Under the pieces are notes generated by a model. That model was not told the DNA's origin. It ran no database searches and saw only the letters and a program-made list of their open reading frames with translations. Made by a program: the position numbers and the translations under genes. From the IMG/VR virus record IMGVR_UViG_3300032030_000026, positions 1 through 64,000 of that record: a stretch of DNA of 64,000 nt; one strand, 5' to 3'. This stretch comes from a virus (lineage: Duplodnaviria > Caudoviricetes). The stretch's first letter is position 1; each line of letters begins with the position of its first letter. Below are positions 53,098 through 63,738 of the stretch, one piece after another.

Positions 53098-56000
53098 TTA
53101 CACACCATGCACGGTTAAAGCAAATCCGCCGTTTGCCTTTCCGACACAATTACCTAATTTAGTTATTACGGTTTTTAATGCATTCATTTCGGCTTCTAAT
53201 TTTTCTAATTTTTCCTTATTAGGATCTTTCTTAGGAACCTGTGGTTTTGATTTAGAAGATCCATCCGTAGGTTTTGCAAGACCTTCTCTGGATCCTCCTC
53301 CGCTACCTAAGCTGGAGAAGTCTTTATTATTCACATCATCTAAAGCGGCGGTAAGTTTTTCCAATGCTTCCAACAATTTTTCATTAATTACATCAGCGAG
53401 TTTATCAAAATTACCTTGGATGCTATCGGAGAATAAATACAATTCATGCATAAGCTCCTTCAGAGAGGTGACCTTGGAGATATCTAATGTATTCACGGAT
53501 TTGATGAGTTTGACGGAGTCGTCGGTGACCTGCTTCCAAGCGGAGGTGCATTGATTTAAGTTAGATCCGTTTACATTTTGGAATATAGACTTAGCTATCA
53601 GTTCTATGGCATGGCCGGCCGGGGTATCTATCTTGTCTTTTAGGCTCGTGAATTTTATATTTTCATATTTACCGCAGGTCTCCAGATATTTATCATAAGG
53701 GAGGTTCATAAGCAAGCCTAGTGACATGACCTGATCCTTGCTAACATGTCCGGCATCGGAAATGTCCTTCAAGAACCGGCTTGCCATCCAGGTTATAGTC
53801 AGTGTATCTTCGGTTCCGTTATTGATCGTGTGAACGGTTATGTTCTTAGCTTTGATCTGGGTCTTGATCATTTGGTCGGTAGCCTTGCCCATAAGAATAG
53901 TAGACATGAGATAGTTTTTAGTATTATCCAATAATCTATTGACTACATCGGTCTTGAGTTTCTCGTCCATAACGGTAACGGTCTTTTCTATCACATTTCC
54001 AAGAGCATCCATCTGATCATTAAAATTATCCGGTATTTTCCATTTAGATAACTTAACGGCTCTTTTAGCTATCTTATTCAAGATACGGAGTATGTTGCTG
54101 ATAGTATTGACTTTTCGTTTCGTCTGGCGCAATTTTCTACGTTTGACTTTATTCAAAGCAAACACTATACCACCTTCTCCATCCCGACCGACGATTGCGA
54201 ATATCGGAGCGGTGAGCTTATCCGGATTTATCGGGGGCATAGCGGTTACCTGCATAGCTGCTGTGCAGATATCTTTTATCTTCAAAACAGTTTTAGATAT
54301 AGAAGCTATCTTCAATGCGGACTTACCCATTTCTACCAGACCTAGCTGATTCAGATAATAGAGTACACTGCCCTCCTCGTATCCTTTCTTGATACCTAGG
54401 AATCCCTTAGCTTCCTTGCCACCATCCGGAGATAGCTGCAATGCACGGAGAGGTATAAGCATTTTCTCCGATAACTTTCGGGCTACCTCGGTGGGATCTC
54501 CTGTAATACCGGCTGTATCCATAGCCATAGAAGCTTCCGCCAAGGCTTTCATAGCCTGGGCTGCTGTCTGAGCTATTTTAGAAATAGACCACATAGCAGC
54601 CTCCCCCAATAAGAACGCTGCTGCCTGAGGACCTAGAAGCAAGAACCCGGCAATCGCTGCCATGCCCCCAAGTTCGGCTATAACCAAAGCCATGATCTGA
54701 GAGGTTCCCAACAAGTCACCAGCATCGGTCATGGCAGCCACCTCTCCGAGAGATCTAAACGCCGGCATAGCCGCATTTAATATCAGAGTTATACCACCCA
54801 AAGCAGCCTCCCCAATAAGTAAATCTTGTTTAGGTATCTTAGACAGAATAAAAACCATTCCTCCTAATTCCGCCATAACTAAAGTCATAATTTGAGAGGT
54901 TCCCAGCAAATCACCGGCCTCCGTTTCTTTTGACACTTTCCCAATTATACCCATCACAAGTGCGGCCATCCCGGTTAGTATTATAATTAAAGCCATGGGA
55001 ATCACCCCCTTTATAATCTCTTTTTCAAATTTTGCCAAACCCCATATCATCAAAGCCATAGCTCCTAATGTAGTTATCATAACCAACATAGTAAGAGCCA
55101 CCTGTTTGAGATCTATAGTTTCGGCCAATAATGCCATCAGTGCTAAAGTGGCCACCATACCTAGAATAGCAAGGTCTATCAACAATAGTGCGGTAGCTCC
55201 TTTTTTCAAAAATGCCCCGGCTAAACTTAACAGAGCCATCAGACCTAACATAGTGGCTATAAATGTAAATGTTATCCCTATCAAAACCATACCCAACACT
55301 ATCATAGCTCCCGCGGTGATCATAGCCAGGATAATCAGAACAATTCCGCCTATAGCTCCAATCATGCTAGTGATGACCCTATGTGATTTCCGGGACTGTG
55401 CCAATCTGGTAGATATTAAAGACATAACTAATATATATCCGCCTATAATTGCCATGATTATGGGCATGGTAGCCGCGGCCTTCATGGCTTTTTTGGGTTC
55501 CGGCATGTTGTTGATAACCTCACAGAAATCTTTCAATGTCTTAGACATATCTTTGAAGAACGTCTGTGCTTTAGAAGAATTTGCTTCTAAATTTATTTTC
55601 TCTATAAATTTCAAAAGAATCCAATACTCTAGTATAATTATCACAGTTATAGGTAAGATAATCATTAAATTTAACATCCCTATAACAGACGGTGCATTAT
55701 CCGAAGCTCTTTTTAATGACACCATAGCTACGCCCATGCCATTAAAGACTATTAAGGCATTGTTGACGTCTTGATCCGCTAATTTAGCTTTATTAATCAA
55801 CCATACCATTCCGGCAAATTCAAAAACGGCCACGGTGGCGGATATTAACACAAAATTCAGATTAATGGTATCCGCAAATTTTGGAGTATTATCAACTGCT
55901 TGTTTTAAAGATACCATAATCATACCCATGTCGTCAAAGACTTTTAGAACATTGTTAATGTCTTGATTAGCAATTCCGGCTTTATTGATCAACCATACCA

Positions 56001-57873
56001 TTCCGGCAAATTCGAACACCGCTATAGTAGCGGATACTAACACGAGATTTAAGTTAACGGCATCTTTGAATTTCGGTGTATTTGTTATGGCATCATTTAG
56101 GGTTTCAGTAAATACGGATATCATTCGCATGCTATTAATAGCAACAGACAGATTATCTTGGAATTCGTTGTTACCAATAAGCTTTGTAATTTTTATGATC
56201 TTCCGAATAGAAGATTTGCTTAATGATACCACTTCAAGAAATTCCGTCATTTTTTCCACGCTTGCCATTCCTAAAATCATATTGTTCATCTCGGTAACTA
56301 AAATAGATATTGTTCTAGTTACTTCGATAGCGGCATTAATCTTATCGGGATTGTCTTTATCTGTAATAAATCTAGAGGTTCTCAAAATAGTATTGAAGTT
56401 GAATCTCATTATCTTTAATGCAATTAAAGACTTTAGAGCCTGTTTAGTATCTAAATTTAGTAAGGTTCGGAATATATTCACAATTGCATCCGCAATGTTC
56501 ATAATACATTCAAAACCCTCATGAAATATCGGTTCATTGTCTTTGAAAGCTTGAATTATGGATAAAATAGAAACCCGCTCACCCCCGTTTTTAGCATTTC
56601 TCCATTGCCCCCATTTAGCACCGGAAAACAATATAGCATATATATGTCCCAACCCTTTCTGGGCTGATTTGAACCGCTTCCGTCCAAATAAACCGGTATA
56701 CATATTTATACTCTTCAATACTATATTGATAGCTTTAAAGAACACTACTAAGGATATGGAAATCGCCGCGGCTTTCAAAGCATCTATCATAGATAGAGAT
56801 TCCGTAACTCCCGCAATTATATCCATTGCCCCTTTTTTCTTAATAGTGGACTTATTGAATAAATTCCGTATATTCCGGCGTACCCATCCATATTCTTCTC
56901 CAAATAAGAGCATCCAAGTTCGAGAAATATTTTCCTGAATCTTGGTTTTTTCTAACCACCCCATATTTTCATTGATAAAATGCAACGTTTCATTCAAGCT
57001 TTCAAATGTCTTAGAGATCATAAGCATATTTATTCGGGCTTTAACGGCGGTAGCCACATTCATATTCCCAATATTCTCAATAAGACTCATTATAGAATGA
57101 GACCGGCGGAATATTCTATCATATATGCGCCCGAATAGTAATACATATATCTTAGATATGGTTCTTCGATACCGGAAAATTTGCTTGAAAGTGATCTTAT
57201 TTTTCAGCACTTCGAAGATTGTCGGAATTAAATTAATAGTATCGGCTATAAATTTTATGCTTACCTTTGCTTTAGCAAACGGAGCCAATTTTCGATCTCC
57301 GATAAATTCTATTAGCCGAATGAGTTTCCGGAACAACATCTTATATTTTATAACAGTAAACCTATATTTTATAACATCCCCCAAAGATATCTTTTTCAAT
57401 GGAGAAGCCACAATCTCTAAGGACTCCATGATGGGTTCCATAGATTTTAAAGAGATTCTGGCTTTAATTATAGAAATTGGGTTATAATTCCCAAGTTTTT
57501 CTACAAACTTAAATAAAGACTTCATACTCTTTCTCAAGAGAATCATCCGAAACTTGTTGCCGATTAAATCTTTTAATGGAATCTTTCCAACAGTCCCCAT
57601 TAAGATCTGATACTCATATATAGTATCCGTCATATTCTTCAAATCTTTAGCATTTATAGATACGGCGGAATATGCACCGGAGATTCTTTCCAATCCATAT
57701 AAAACCGCCTCCAGTGCATCCGTAGAACGCTCTATACATTTCTTCAAAGTATTGAAGAATTTCTTATCCATCTTGTTCTTAACGATAATTCTGTTTATAT
57801 CATTGACAAGATTGAGTTGCTCTTTATATATTTCGAAAAGGTCTTCGCTATTAGGTATCTTGGTCTCGGCCAT
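53098..57873 (-). CDS. tail tape measure protein
   Basis: 1591 aa, helical, hydrophobic Ala/Ile/Met-rich middle with internal repeats; next to baseplate genes. Confidence 0.7.
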   Translation of the reverse strand: MAETKIPNSEDLFEIYKEQLNLVNDINRIIVKNKMDKKFFNTLKKCIERSTDALEAVLYGLERISGAYSAVSINAKDLKNMTDTIYEYQILMGTVGKIPLKDLIGNKFRMILLRKSMKSLFKFVEKLGNYNPISIIKARISLKSMEPIMESLEIVASPLKKISLGDVIKYRFTVIKYKMLFRKLIRLIEFIGDRKLAPFAKAKVSIKFIADTINLIPTIFEVLKNKITFKQIFRYRRTISKIYVLLFGRIYDRIFRRSHSIMSLIENIGNMNVATAVKARINMLMISKTFESLNETLHFINENMGWLEKTKIQENISRTWMLLFGEEYGWVRRNIRNLFNKSTIKKKGAMDIIAGVTESLSMIDALKAAAISISLVVFFKAINIVLKSINMYTGLFGRKRFKSAQKGLGHIYAILFSGAKWGQWRNAKNGGERVSILSIIQAFKDNEPIFHEGFECIMNIADAIVNIFRTLLNLDTKQALKSLIALKIMRFNFNTILRTSRFITDKDNPDKINAAIEVTRTISILVTEMNNMILGMASVEKMTEFLEVVSLSKSSIRKIIKITKLIGNNEFQDNLSVAINSMRMISVFTETLNDAITNTPKFKDAVNLNLVLVSATIAVFEFAGMVWLINKAGIANQDINNVLKVFDDMGMIMVSLKQAVDNTPKFADTINLNFVLISATVAVFEFAGMVWLINKAKLADQDVNNALIVFNGMGVAMVSLKRASDNAPSVIGMLNLMIILPITVIIILEYWILLKFIEKINLEANSSKAQTFFKDMSKTLKDFCEVINNMPEPKKAMKAAATMPIIMAIIGGYILVMSLISTRLAQSRKSHRVITSMIGAIGGIVLIILAMITAGAMIVLGMVLIGITFTFIATMLGLMALLSLAGAFLKKGATALLLIDLAILGMVATLALMALLAETIDLKQVALTMLVMITTLGAMALMIWGLAKFEKEIIKGVIPMALIIILTGMAALVMGIIGKVSKETEAGDLLGTSQIMTLVMAELGGMVFILSKIPKQDLLIGEAALGGITLILNAAMPAFRSLGEVAAMTDAGDLLGTSQIMALVIAELGGMAAIAGFLLLGPQAAAFLLGEAAMWSISKIAQTAAQAMKALAEASMAMDTAGITGDPTEVARKLSEKMLIPLRALQLSPDGGKEAKGFLGIKKGYEEGSVLYYLNQLGLVEMGKSALKIASISKTVLKIKDICTAAMQVTAMPPINPDKLTAPIFAIVGRDGEGGIVFALNKVKRRKLRQTKRKVNTISNILRILNKIAKRAVKLSKWKIPDNFNDQMDALGNVIEKTVTVMDEKLKTDVVNRLLDNTKNYLMSTILMGKATDQMIKTQIKAKNITVHTINNGTEDTLTITWMASRFLKDISDAGHVSKDQVMSLGLLMNLPYDKYLETCGKYENIKFTSLKDKIDTPAGHAIELIAKSIFQNVNGSNLNQCTSAWKQVTDDSVKLIKSVNTLDISKVTSLKELMHELYLFSDSIQGNFDKLADVINEKLLEALEKLTAALDDVNNKDFSSLGSGGGSREGLAKPTDGSSKSKPQVPKKDPNKEKLEKLEAEMNALKTVITKLGNCVGKANGGFALTVHGV

Positions 57874-57966
57874 ACTGTTATAATTTCATTTTGTAATAAA
57901 TGCCGGAATATATCATTATGTGGCATTTAGAATTATTATATAAATAATCAAATATCGGTTGAAACA

Positions 57967-58683
57967 ATGAAGAAGCTGACACAATTTCTTAAAAACATAG
58001 ACGAAGCATTTCAAGATGAGCTAACTGAAATTACCGGATGGCTGGGTTCTTTGGAGAATCTTTCCGATGTCTTGGATAAACTCGAAAATTCTAAAATTCT
58101 AGGCGGACGGGGTAACGACAGATTTGGAAGGGGTGATGGTGAGAATATTGATGATCATACAAAGCGATATGTAGGGATGATCCTTAAAAAACTCATGATG
58201 GATCCCGAGATTATATCATGGTATGATTCTCCATATAACAACGAAATGGAACTTTATAGTTTGTTAGCTAAAAAACTTTCTCCTCGAGAAATGACTTATT
58301 TGGAGGAGATTACCCAGGTTTTAGCTTCCGTGGAAGATTCGGATAAAGATGCGGAGATAGTCAATAACGCTGTCGTTCGTCTCATAGATGATCCGGATTT
58401 AGAGAGATGGTTTAAGAAATATTCAAAACCTATTAAGAAAACAGATAGGTTTGGTAATGTCGAAACTACGGCAGCAACTCCTAATGAATTTGAACTCAGA
58501 AAGATCATCAACAGCAAGCTTTCAGGCACAGAAAGAAAATTTTCCGAGCCTATTGCACGGAAATTTATGCGAATATATAATGGCGAATATGATACCGATG
58601 ATTATTTCTCCAGAGAAGGCGGCAGCTCGGGAATGGGTAGGTCCATGGCCGGGAGACGGAACGATAGGCGTTTTAGAATTTAA
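57967..58683 (+). CDS. hypothetical protein, possible head-internal protein
   Basis: MKKLTQFLKNIDEA start; two internal repeats. Confidence 0.65.
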   Translation: MKKLTQFLKNIDEAFQDELTEITGWLGSLENLSDVLDKLENSKILGGRGNDRFGRGDGENIDDHTKRYVGMILKKLMMDPEIISWYDSPYNNEMELYSLLAKKLSPREMTYLEEITQVLASVEDSDKDAEIVNNAVVRLIDDPDLERWFKKYSKPIKKTDRFGNVETTAATPNEFELRKIINSKLSGTERKFSEPIARKFMRIYNGEYDTDDYFSREGGSSGMGRSMAGRRNDRRFRI

Positions 58684-58712
58684 GATAAGAATTAAATAAT
58701 CAATTAAGATAT

Positions 58713-61223
58713 ATGAAAAGGTTTCACGAATATACTGAGATGATCACGGAATCTCTAATGATGTTATTAGTGTATTCCGCTATAGTGGCTACCATGGTCC
58801 AGGATGCCAAACAAGAACGTCTCAAGTTCAAGATAGAACAAAAGCGAATGGAAAAAGAGCTTAAAGAAATGGAAGATCGTGAGGATGATGAAGAAATCCA
58901 ACGCAAATTGGAAAAAGAACGTCGTAAAAGAGAACTTGCTCAAGAAAGACACGAACGTCGGGAAGAGAAGTGGAAGCGGAATATAGCCAAGTTACAGATG
59001 CTCCAAGACAGAATGGCGGAATCTCGTGAGAAAAAATTAGAAACTCAACGTTTTGCATTGGCAGCTCATAATATGATGAATGACAAGGAAACCGTCGAAG
59101 ATCGGGGCCTTATCGAGAAACATGCTAAGAATAAAGAAAAATGCACCCCCGATCAGATTCGCCGGGCCACAGAAAAAGCTAATAAAATTTCTGATGAAGA
59201 AGCCGATAAATATGTAGCTAAGTATATGCCGAAGAAAGATCTTCCCAAGACGGAACCGGAATCTCAAAAAGAAACTCGGAAGACGTCGGCCACCAGAGAC
59301 TTCAAGATACCTAAAAAACCAGATTCTGTCGGAACCGGAAAAGAAGTAGATAAAAAACCGGAACCCAAAGAAGAAGAAGTAATCAATCCGGAAACCGGCA
59401 AGAAAGAAAAACATAAAGTATATACGGGCAAACGAGGGGGCAGATATTGGATGTCTAAAAACAACAATAAAGTATATGTCAAAGAAGACAAAGAAGAACA
59501 AGAGGTAGCTTCTCGTTGGGATATTACTAATTCACGCTTAGCATACCTGCAATGGGCCATAGATAATACTAAAGATAAAGAAAAATCTAATAAGCTCCAG
59601 GAAATGTATAATGCCTTGTATAATATAACATATGATACAGGCGGCGATATCCGGAGTTTAGATGATACTATATCTTATATTACCCAGACTATGCAGAATA
59701 ATAAAGGTTTGATCCCGGGGCTTCCTTCTAATGATCAGATAGAAGAAATTGACAAGAAAGCTGCCAGCTTTGAAGAATTGTATCCCGAGGAATATGAAAG
59801 CTATATTAAAAGATTGGAAAGCTCTAATCTGGATAAATCCAAGAAAGACAAGGAAGATCAAGCGGATAGTGTGCTGAGTCCGGCGGACACTAAAGATGAT
59901 AAAGATGCTCGTGACAAGTTGGCTACCCTTACTTCTATATTCGGATTTACTAATATTATAGGCCTGGAATCCAATCGGAAACCATCCGCGGAAGATATGA
60001 AGAAAAAATCGGAGCTGAAAAAGGATCAGAAAGATAATGCATTGCTCCAGGACACCGAGGATGACGAAACCGCTCTTAAGAAACCGGAGACTTCTGGTGA
60101 AGAAAGTTCCGATGAGTCCAGTGAAGAGTCCGGTGAAGAAAGTTCCGATGAGTCCGGTGAAGAGTCCGGTGAAGAGTCCGGTGAAGAACTGTCGGATATT
60201 GAAGAAGATATGATTATGTATGTAGTCATGATGGCCGAAGAATATCTAGATCAGTTCGAAGAGGATGAATATAACGAAGCGGATGTGGATAAATGGCTGG
60301 ATGAACAGAACCTGGAATCTGATCTTGGACTGGAAACCGACGAAGAGAAAAAAGGCTTCCGGGATGCTATGAAGCAGGAAATCAAGAATGAATTGGAATC
60401 CGAGTCCGATGAGGATAGTAAAGAGTCCAGCGAGCAAACAACCGAATCGCTTTTAGAGTTTTCTCAAAACTTCATATTTGAATTGTTCGGTCGGAATGAC
60501 GCTTTCAAGGCGGCTAAGAAAAATGCCGAAATGTTCAATAAGTATGGAGATGGTGCTTATAAGCCGGAAATCGCAGCAAAAGAACTCCAAAAGGCACGTA
60601 AGAAAAATGCAAGTGCGGTTAAGTTCAACAAAGCGGTAAATCTGCTTACCGGACCGCTGGGTGCCGCTATCATCAACAAAAAGCAAGATAATATGAAGAG
60701 GCGCATGGCCGGAATGAAGTCTATGATTGATAGCACACCGGATCCTGACGAAAAAGAAAAGCTTCAGAAGAATTATGATATGATGATGAAAGCTTGTGTT
60801 ACCAAGAAAGGAAGATTCCGCGCCCGCCCGAAACTCAAAAACCTTTCTCCGGAAGAAATAGCCGAGTTCAAATCCAAATATAAGGAAATCAAACAATCCA
60901 AAACAATCCGCCAAGCCGGCAAGGATTATATGATCAAACATGAAGATTTTGCCGATCAGGTACTACAAGATAAAGTATCTAAGAAAAAAGAAGAAAAAGA
61001 AATCAAGAAAGGTAATGTTGAAAAGACTTCTATGGATGACGGATCTACTCTGGTAGCCCGGAAATCGGAGAGGGATGGCCATATGATTTATACTAGAGAA
61101 AAAGGTGGCAAGACCGTGGAATATATAGATAAGGACGAATATCACAAACGCCTGGCTAACAAGAAAGAATCGATAGAACACCACTTTGGTTCTTTCAAAG
61201 TCTTGCTAGAATCTAGAATGTAA
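58713..61223 (+). CDS. large charged protein, possible prohead core or internal protein
   Basis: MKRFHEYTEMITES start; coiled coil, YTGKRGGRY, acidic ESGE repeats. Confidence 0.7.
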   Translation: MKRFHEYTEMITESLMMLLVYSAIVATMVQDAKQERLKFKIEQKRMEKELKEMEDREDDEEIQRKLEKERRKRELAQERHERREEKWKRNIAKLQMLQDRMAESREKKLETQRFALAAHNMMNDKETVEDRGLIEKHAKNKEKCTPDQIRRATEKANKISDEEADKYVAKYMPKKDLPKTEPESQKETRKTSATRDFKIPKKPDSVGTGKEVDKKPEPKEEEVINPETGKKEKHKVYTGKRGGRYWMSKNNNKVYVKEDKEEQEVASRWDITNSRLAYLQWAIDNTKDKEKSNKLQEMYNALYNITYDTGGDIRSLDDTISYITQTMQNNKGLIPGLPSNDQIEEIDKKAASFEELYPEEYESYIKRLESSNLDKSKKDKEDQADSVLSPADTKDDKDARDKLATLTSIFGFTNIIGLESNRKPSAEDMKKKSELKKDQKDNALLQDTEDDETALKKPETSGEESSDESSEESGEESSDESGEESGEESGEELSDIEEDMIMYVVMMAEEYLDQFEEDEYNEADVDKWLDEQNLESDLGLETDEEKKGFRDAMKQEIKNELESESDEDSKESSEQTTESLLEFSQNFIFELFGRNDAFKAAKKNAEMFNKYGDGAYKPEIAAKELQKARKKNASAVKFNKAVNLLTGPLGAAIINKKQDNMKRRMAGMKSMIDSTPDPDEKEKLQKNYDMMMKACVTKKGRFRARPKLKNLSPEEIAEFKSKYKEIKQSKTIRQAGKDYMIKHEDFADQVLQDKVSKKKEEKEIKKGNVEKTSMDDGSTLVARKSERDGHMIYTREKGGKTVEYIDKDEYHKRLANKKESIEHHFGSFKVLLESRM
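60094..60187 (+). repeat. 12-bp coding repeat (SGEE/SSDE)
   Basis: Repeated GAGTCCGGTGAA-like units. Confidence 0.85.
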
Positions 61224-61461
61224 ATAAAAATATCATTAAAGCCAGCAAATCATCATCCGAATCCAAAGAACATGTTGTAAAAGATAAAGATGGAAGCGAA
61301 ATTCACGCCCACCGGAAAAAACGGGTATCGACATGACTTATGTCAGAATGAAAGATGGTAAGGAAATTGGATATGCTACCAAAGATGAATTTCGGACTAC
61401 AAAAAGTTCCAACGAATCTTATGTAGGATTGTCTGATTATATTCGAGAATCTGTTGAGTAA
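61224..61461 (+). pseudogene. frameshifted remnant of an alternative C-terminus of 58713-61223
   Basis: KDKDGSEIHAHRKK / GIDMTYVRMKDGKEIGYATKDEF aligns with MDDGSTLVARKS..GHMIYTREKGGKTVEYIDKDEY. Confidence 0.6.
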
Positions 61462-61497
61462 AATTCCGTTATAATTATTTCATATCCTCTGTATAAT

Positions 61498-61547
61498 AAA
61501 CGATCGTGCCTTAAGTGATTAATTGGTCATCTAAGATACGATCGTTT
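61498..61547. repeat. intergenic palindromic element (CGATC family)
   Basis: AAACGATCGT / ACGATCGTTT. Confidence 0.7.
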
Positions 61548-61571
61548 GATTTTGATATGATTTTGTAAGTT

Positions 61572-63722
61572 TTAGAGTATTTCTAAATCCGGAACTATAC
61601 AGGGATATATATACTGCCACAAATCATACATAGACATATTATTATTGTTGCGAGCATTTAATATGGCATCATTATATGCATATCCATATTTTCCCGTAAA
61701 TTCAATCCAAATTTTTCTCATATTTTCATATACTTCGCGGGATGTAATGTATGTATTGTTTTTTATTCTCAAGCATTTATTTTCACACCCAATCTCGTTT
61801 AAAAATTCATCCACCAGCGGCTTATGGCCTCCACATGTGTCATCGCGTTCTATGGCACCGGACATAGTAATCATCTTGTTTGGAGTCTCAATGATTTTTT
61901 CATACAATCCCCTATGGAATTCCGGGGTTGCAAAAAATGAATTAAGAGAATTATTAAGAATATCTAATTTTTCATAATCATTACATTCTTTATTATACAG
62001 ACTCACATCGTACCCCATATTAAACACAATCTGTGGTTGTCCATATGTTTCGCATTCACAAACATCCGGCATCCATGCAGAACAATAAGATGGATAATAA
62101 AATACATTACATAAAAAATTCATATTCCCGTATCTCGATTCACAAACATTAAGGTCCGGATCTCCGCAGATAGTCAGATCAACATCCGCTGACGGAAGTA
62201 TATAACCCGAAATCATGTCTTTCTTTCTTTCGGCATACCAAGATATATCAAATGGCTCCCAATGGCATATCAAACTAAGCTTCGGGCGGAAAGTCCAGTT
62301 TGGTTTCATGCCTTTACTTAATAAAAATTTTTGTTCTTCTACGGATAGTGGCCCTTGTATGTCCGTAAAATAATTTATGTTCTGGTTCCAATTCCACCAC
62401 GTATATCCATCCACACTAGACATATCTAACCCGGCATGACCCCTTTTATATTTATTGTAGTAATAATCCTTGATATTCTTAATAATATAGTGATTTATCC
62501 ATACGGTATCTAATTCACTATCTCTCCATCGGAATGTAATATGGCTCACATTGTTGCCTAAACAGTCCCTAACGTTTAATTTCTTTCCGACAGCGGACCA
62601 TATAGTATGTTCATTCATATCCAAAGCCAGTCCGGATCTGGAAATAGTTTTATACCAGCCATTCATATTTTCCGGGCGGCAATCTTTCCGGACGTTATTT
62701 GATATTGGTTCCGTGCAGTATTCGTATATCGGAACATCTATAGGAGTTACATCCGGATTGGCATGAAAACATCTCCACTGTAATATATAAGCATCGGTAT
62801 CGGGAAATCTGCTTAAAAATTCTTTAATATTTATGTAATTTTCACTTTTTATGTTTATAAATTCATCAATATCTATGAATGCTACCCATTTATATATATT
62901 GTCATTGCAAAATGTCTTATATTGTGCAATTTGCTGAGCCTTTTCTCCTCTTGCATTGCGTATTTCAACACGAGCAAATTTCTTTTCTAGCCAATCATAA
63001 GTTTCCGGAGAATCCGCATCGTTGTTGTCATAAATGTAGATTCTATCAAATCCTAAGTTCAGATGCCATCTGCACCAGTCTTCCAAATAGTTATTTTCTT
63101 GCTTAGCAATGGCGCATATTACAACTTCTTGCGATCTGTTTTCATAATCCTCTATAGACATAGTTAACCCCAGATCTTTAGCCATATTATGCCAAGTATC
63201 TACGTTTACATCCCATTCCGGAATAGTTCTTTTTAAAAATTTATTGTGATCCGTTTTCCTGATAATAGTAGTACCGTGGTCAAAATCATACAAAACATGT
63301 ATTAGTAAATCATCATGTTCCCCAACTAATTTTAATAAAGCTTTATAGCAATCTCCATTCCACACTCCACCCGGTACCGGATCATGAGAAGCTACATAGT
63401 CGGATGCCGGCCACATATCATGACATAATATAGTCCCCCCAGCATTTAATGACTTTAGAGAATTTATAATATCTCTATAAACTTGTTCGTGTTGGTGAAG
63501 TCCATCTATGAATATTAGATCAAACTTCTGCCGATTTTTTAAAAAGAAATCGTCTGATGTGGTGATCATATTAGCCTTTGATTGTTCATTAGGGTCGACA
63601 CCTATTTTAAATTCAGCAATAACATTATCAAAAACATCTCCACGATCAACACCTATCTCTAGATACGATTTGTAATTATGTTTTTCTATTAAAAAATTTA
63701 TAAGATCTAATCTATTGTTCAT
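61572..63722 (-). CDS. SAM methyltransferase fused to a GT-A (GT2/GT92-like) glycosyltransferase
   Basis: YLEIGV, FDLIFIDGLH; ICAIAKQEN.YL.DW..WH..LGFD.IYIYDN, FIDIDEF. Confidence 0.85.
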   Translation of the reverse strand: MNNRLDLINFLIEKHNYKSYLEIGVDRGDVFDNVIAEFKIGVDPNEQSKANMITTSDDFFLKNRQKFDLIFIDGLHQHEQVYRDIINSLKSLNAGGTILCHDMWPASDYVASHDPVPGGVWNGDCYKALLKLVGEHDDLLIHVLYDFDHGTTIIRKTDHNKFLKRTIPEWDVNVDTWHNMAKDLGLTMSIEDYENRSQEVVICAIAKQENNYLEDWCRWHLNLGFDRIYIYDNNDADSPETYDWLEKKFARVEIRNARGEKAQQIAQYKTFCNDNIYKWVAFIDIDEFINIKSENYINIKEFLSRFPDTDAYILQWRCFHANPDVTPIDVPIYEYCTEPISNNVRKDCRPENMNGWYKTISRSGLALDMNEHTIWSAVGKKLNVRDCLGNNVSHITFRWRDSELDTVWINHYIIKNIKDYYYNKYKRGHAGLDMSSVDGYTWWNWNQNINYFTDIQGPLSVEEQKFLLSKGMKPNWTFRPKLSLICHWEPFDISWYAERKKDMISGYILPSADVDLTICGDPDLNVCESRYGNMNFLCNVFYYPSYCSAWMPDVCECETYGQPQIVFNMGYDVSLYNKECNDYEKLDILNNSLNSFFATPEFHRGLYEKIIETPNKMITMSGAIERDDTCGGHKPLVDEFLNEIGCENKCLRIKNNTYITSREVYENMRKIWIEFTGKYGYAYNDAILNARNNNNMSMYDLWQYIYPCIVPDLEIL

Positions 63723-63738
63723 ATTTTATTTTTAATTT

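Noticed and set aside
53746-57487. Plus-strand ORFs up to 259 aa opposite the tape measure gene, and similar shadows at 11859, 47596, 59037 and 60453
   Set aside because: Antisense shadows of long real genes, with no independent signals or motifs.
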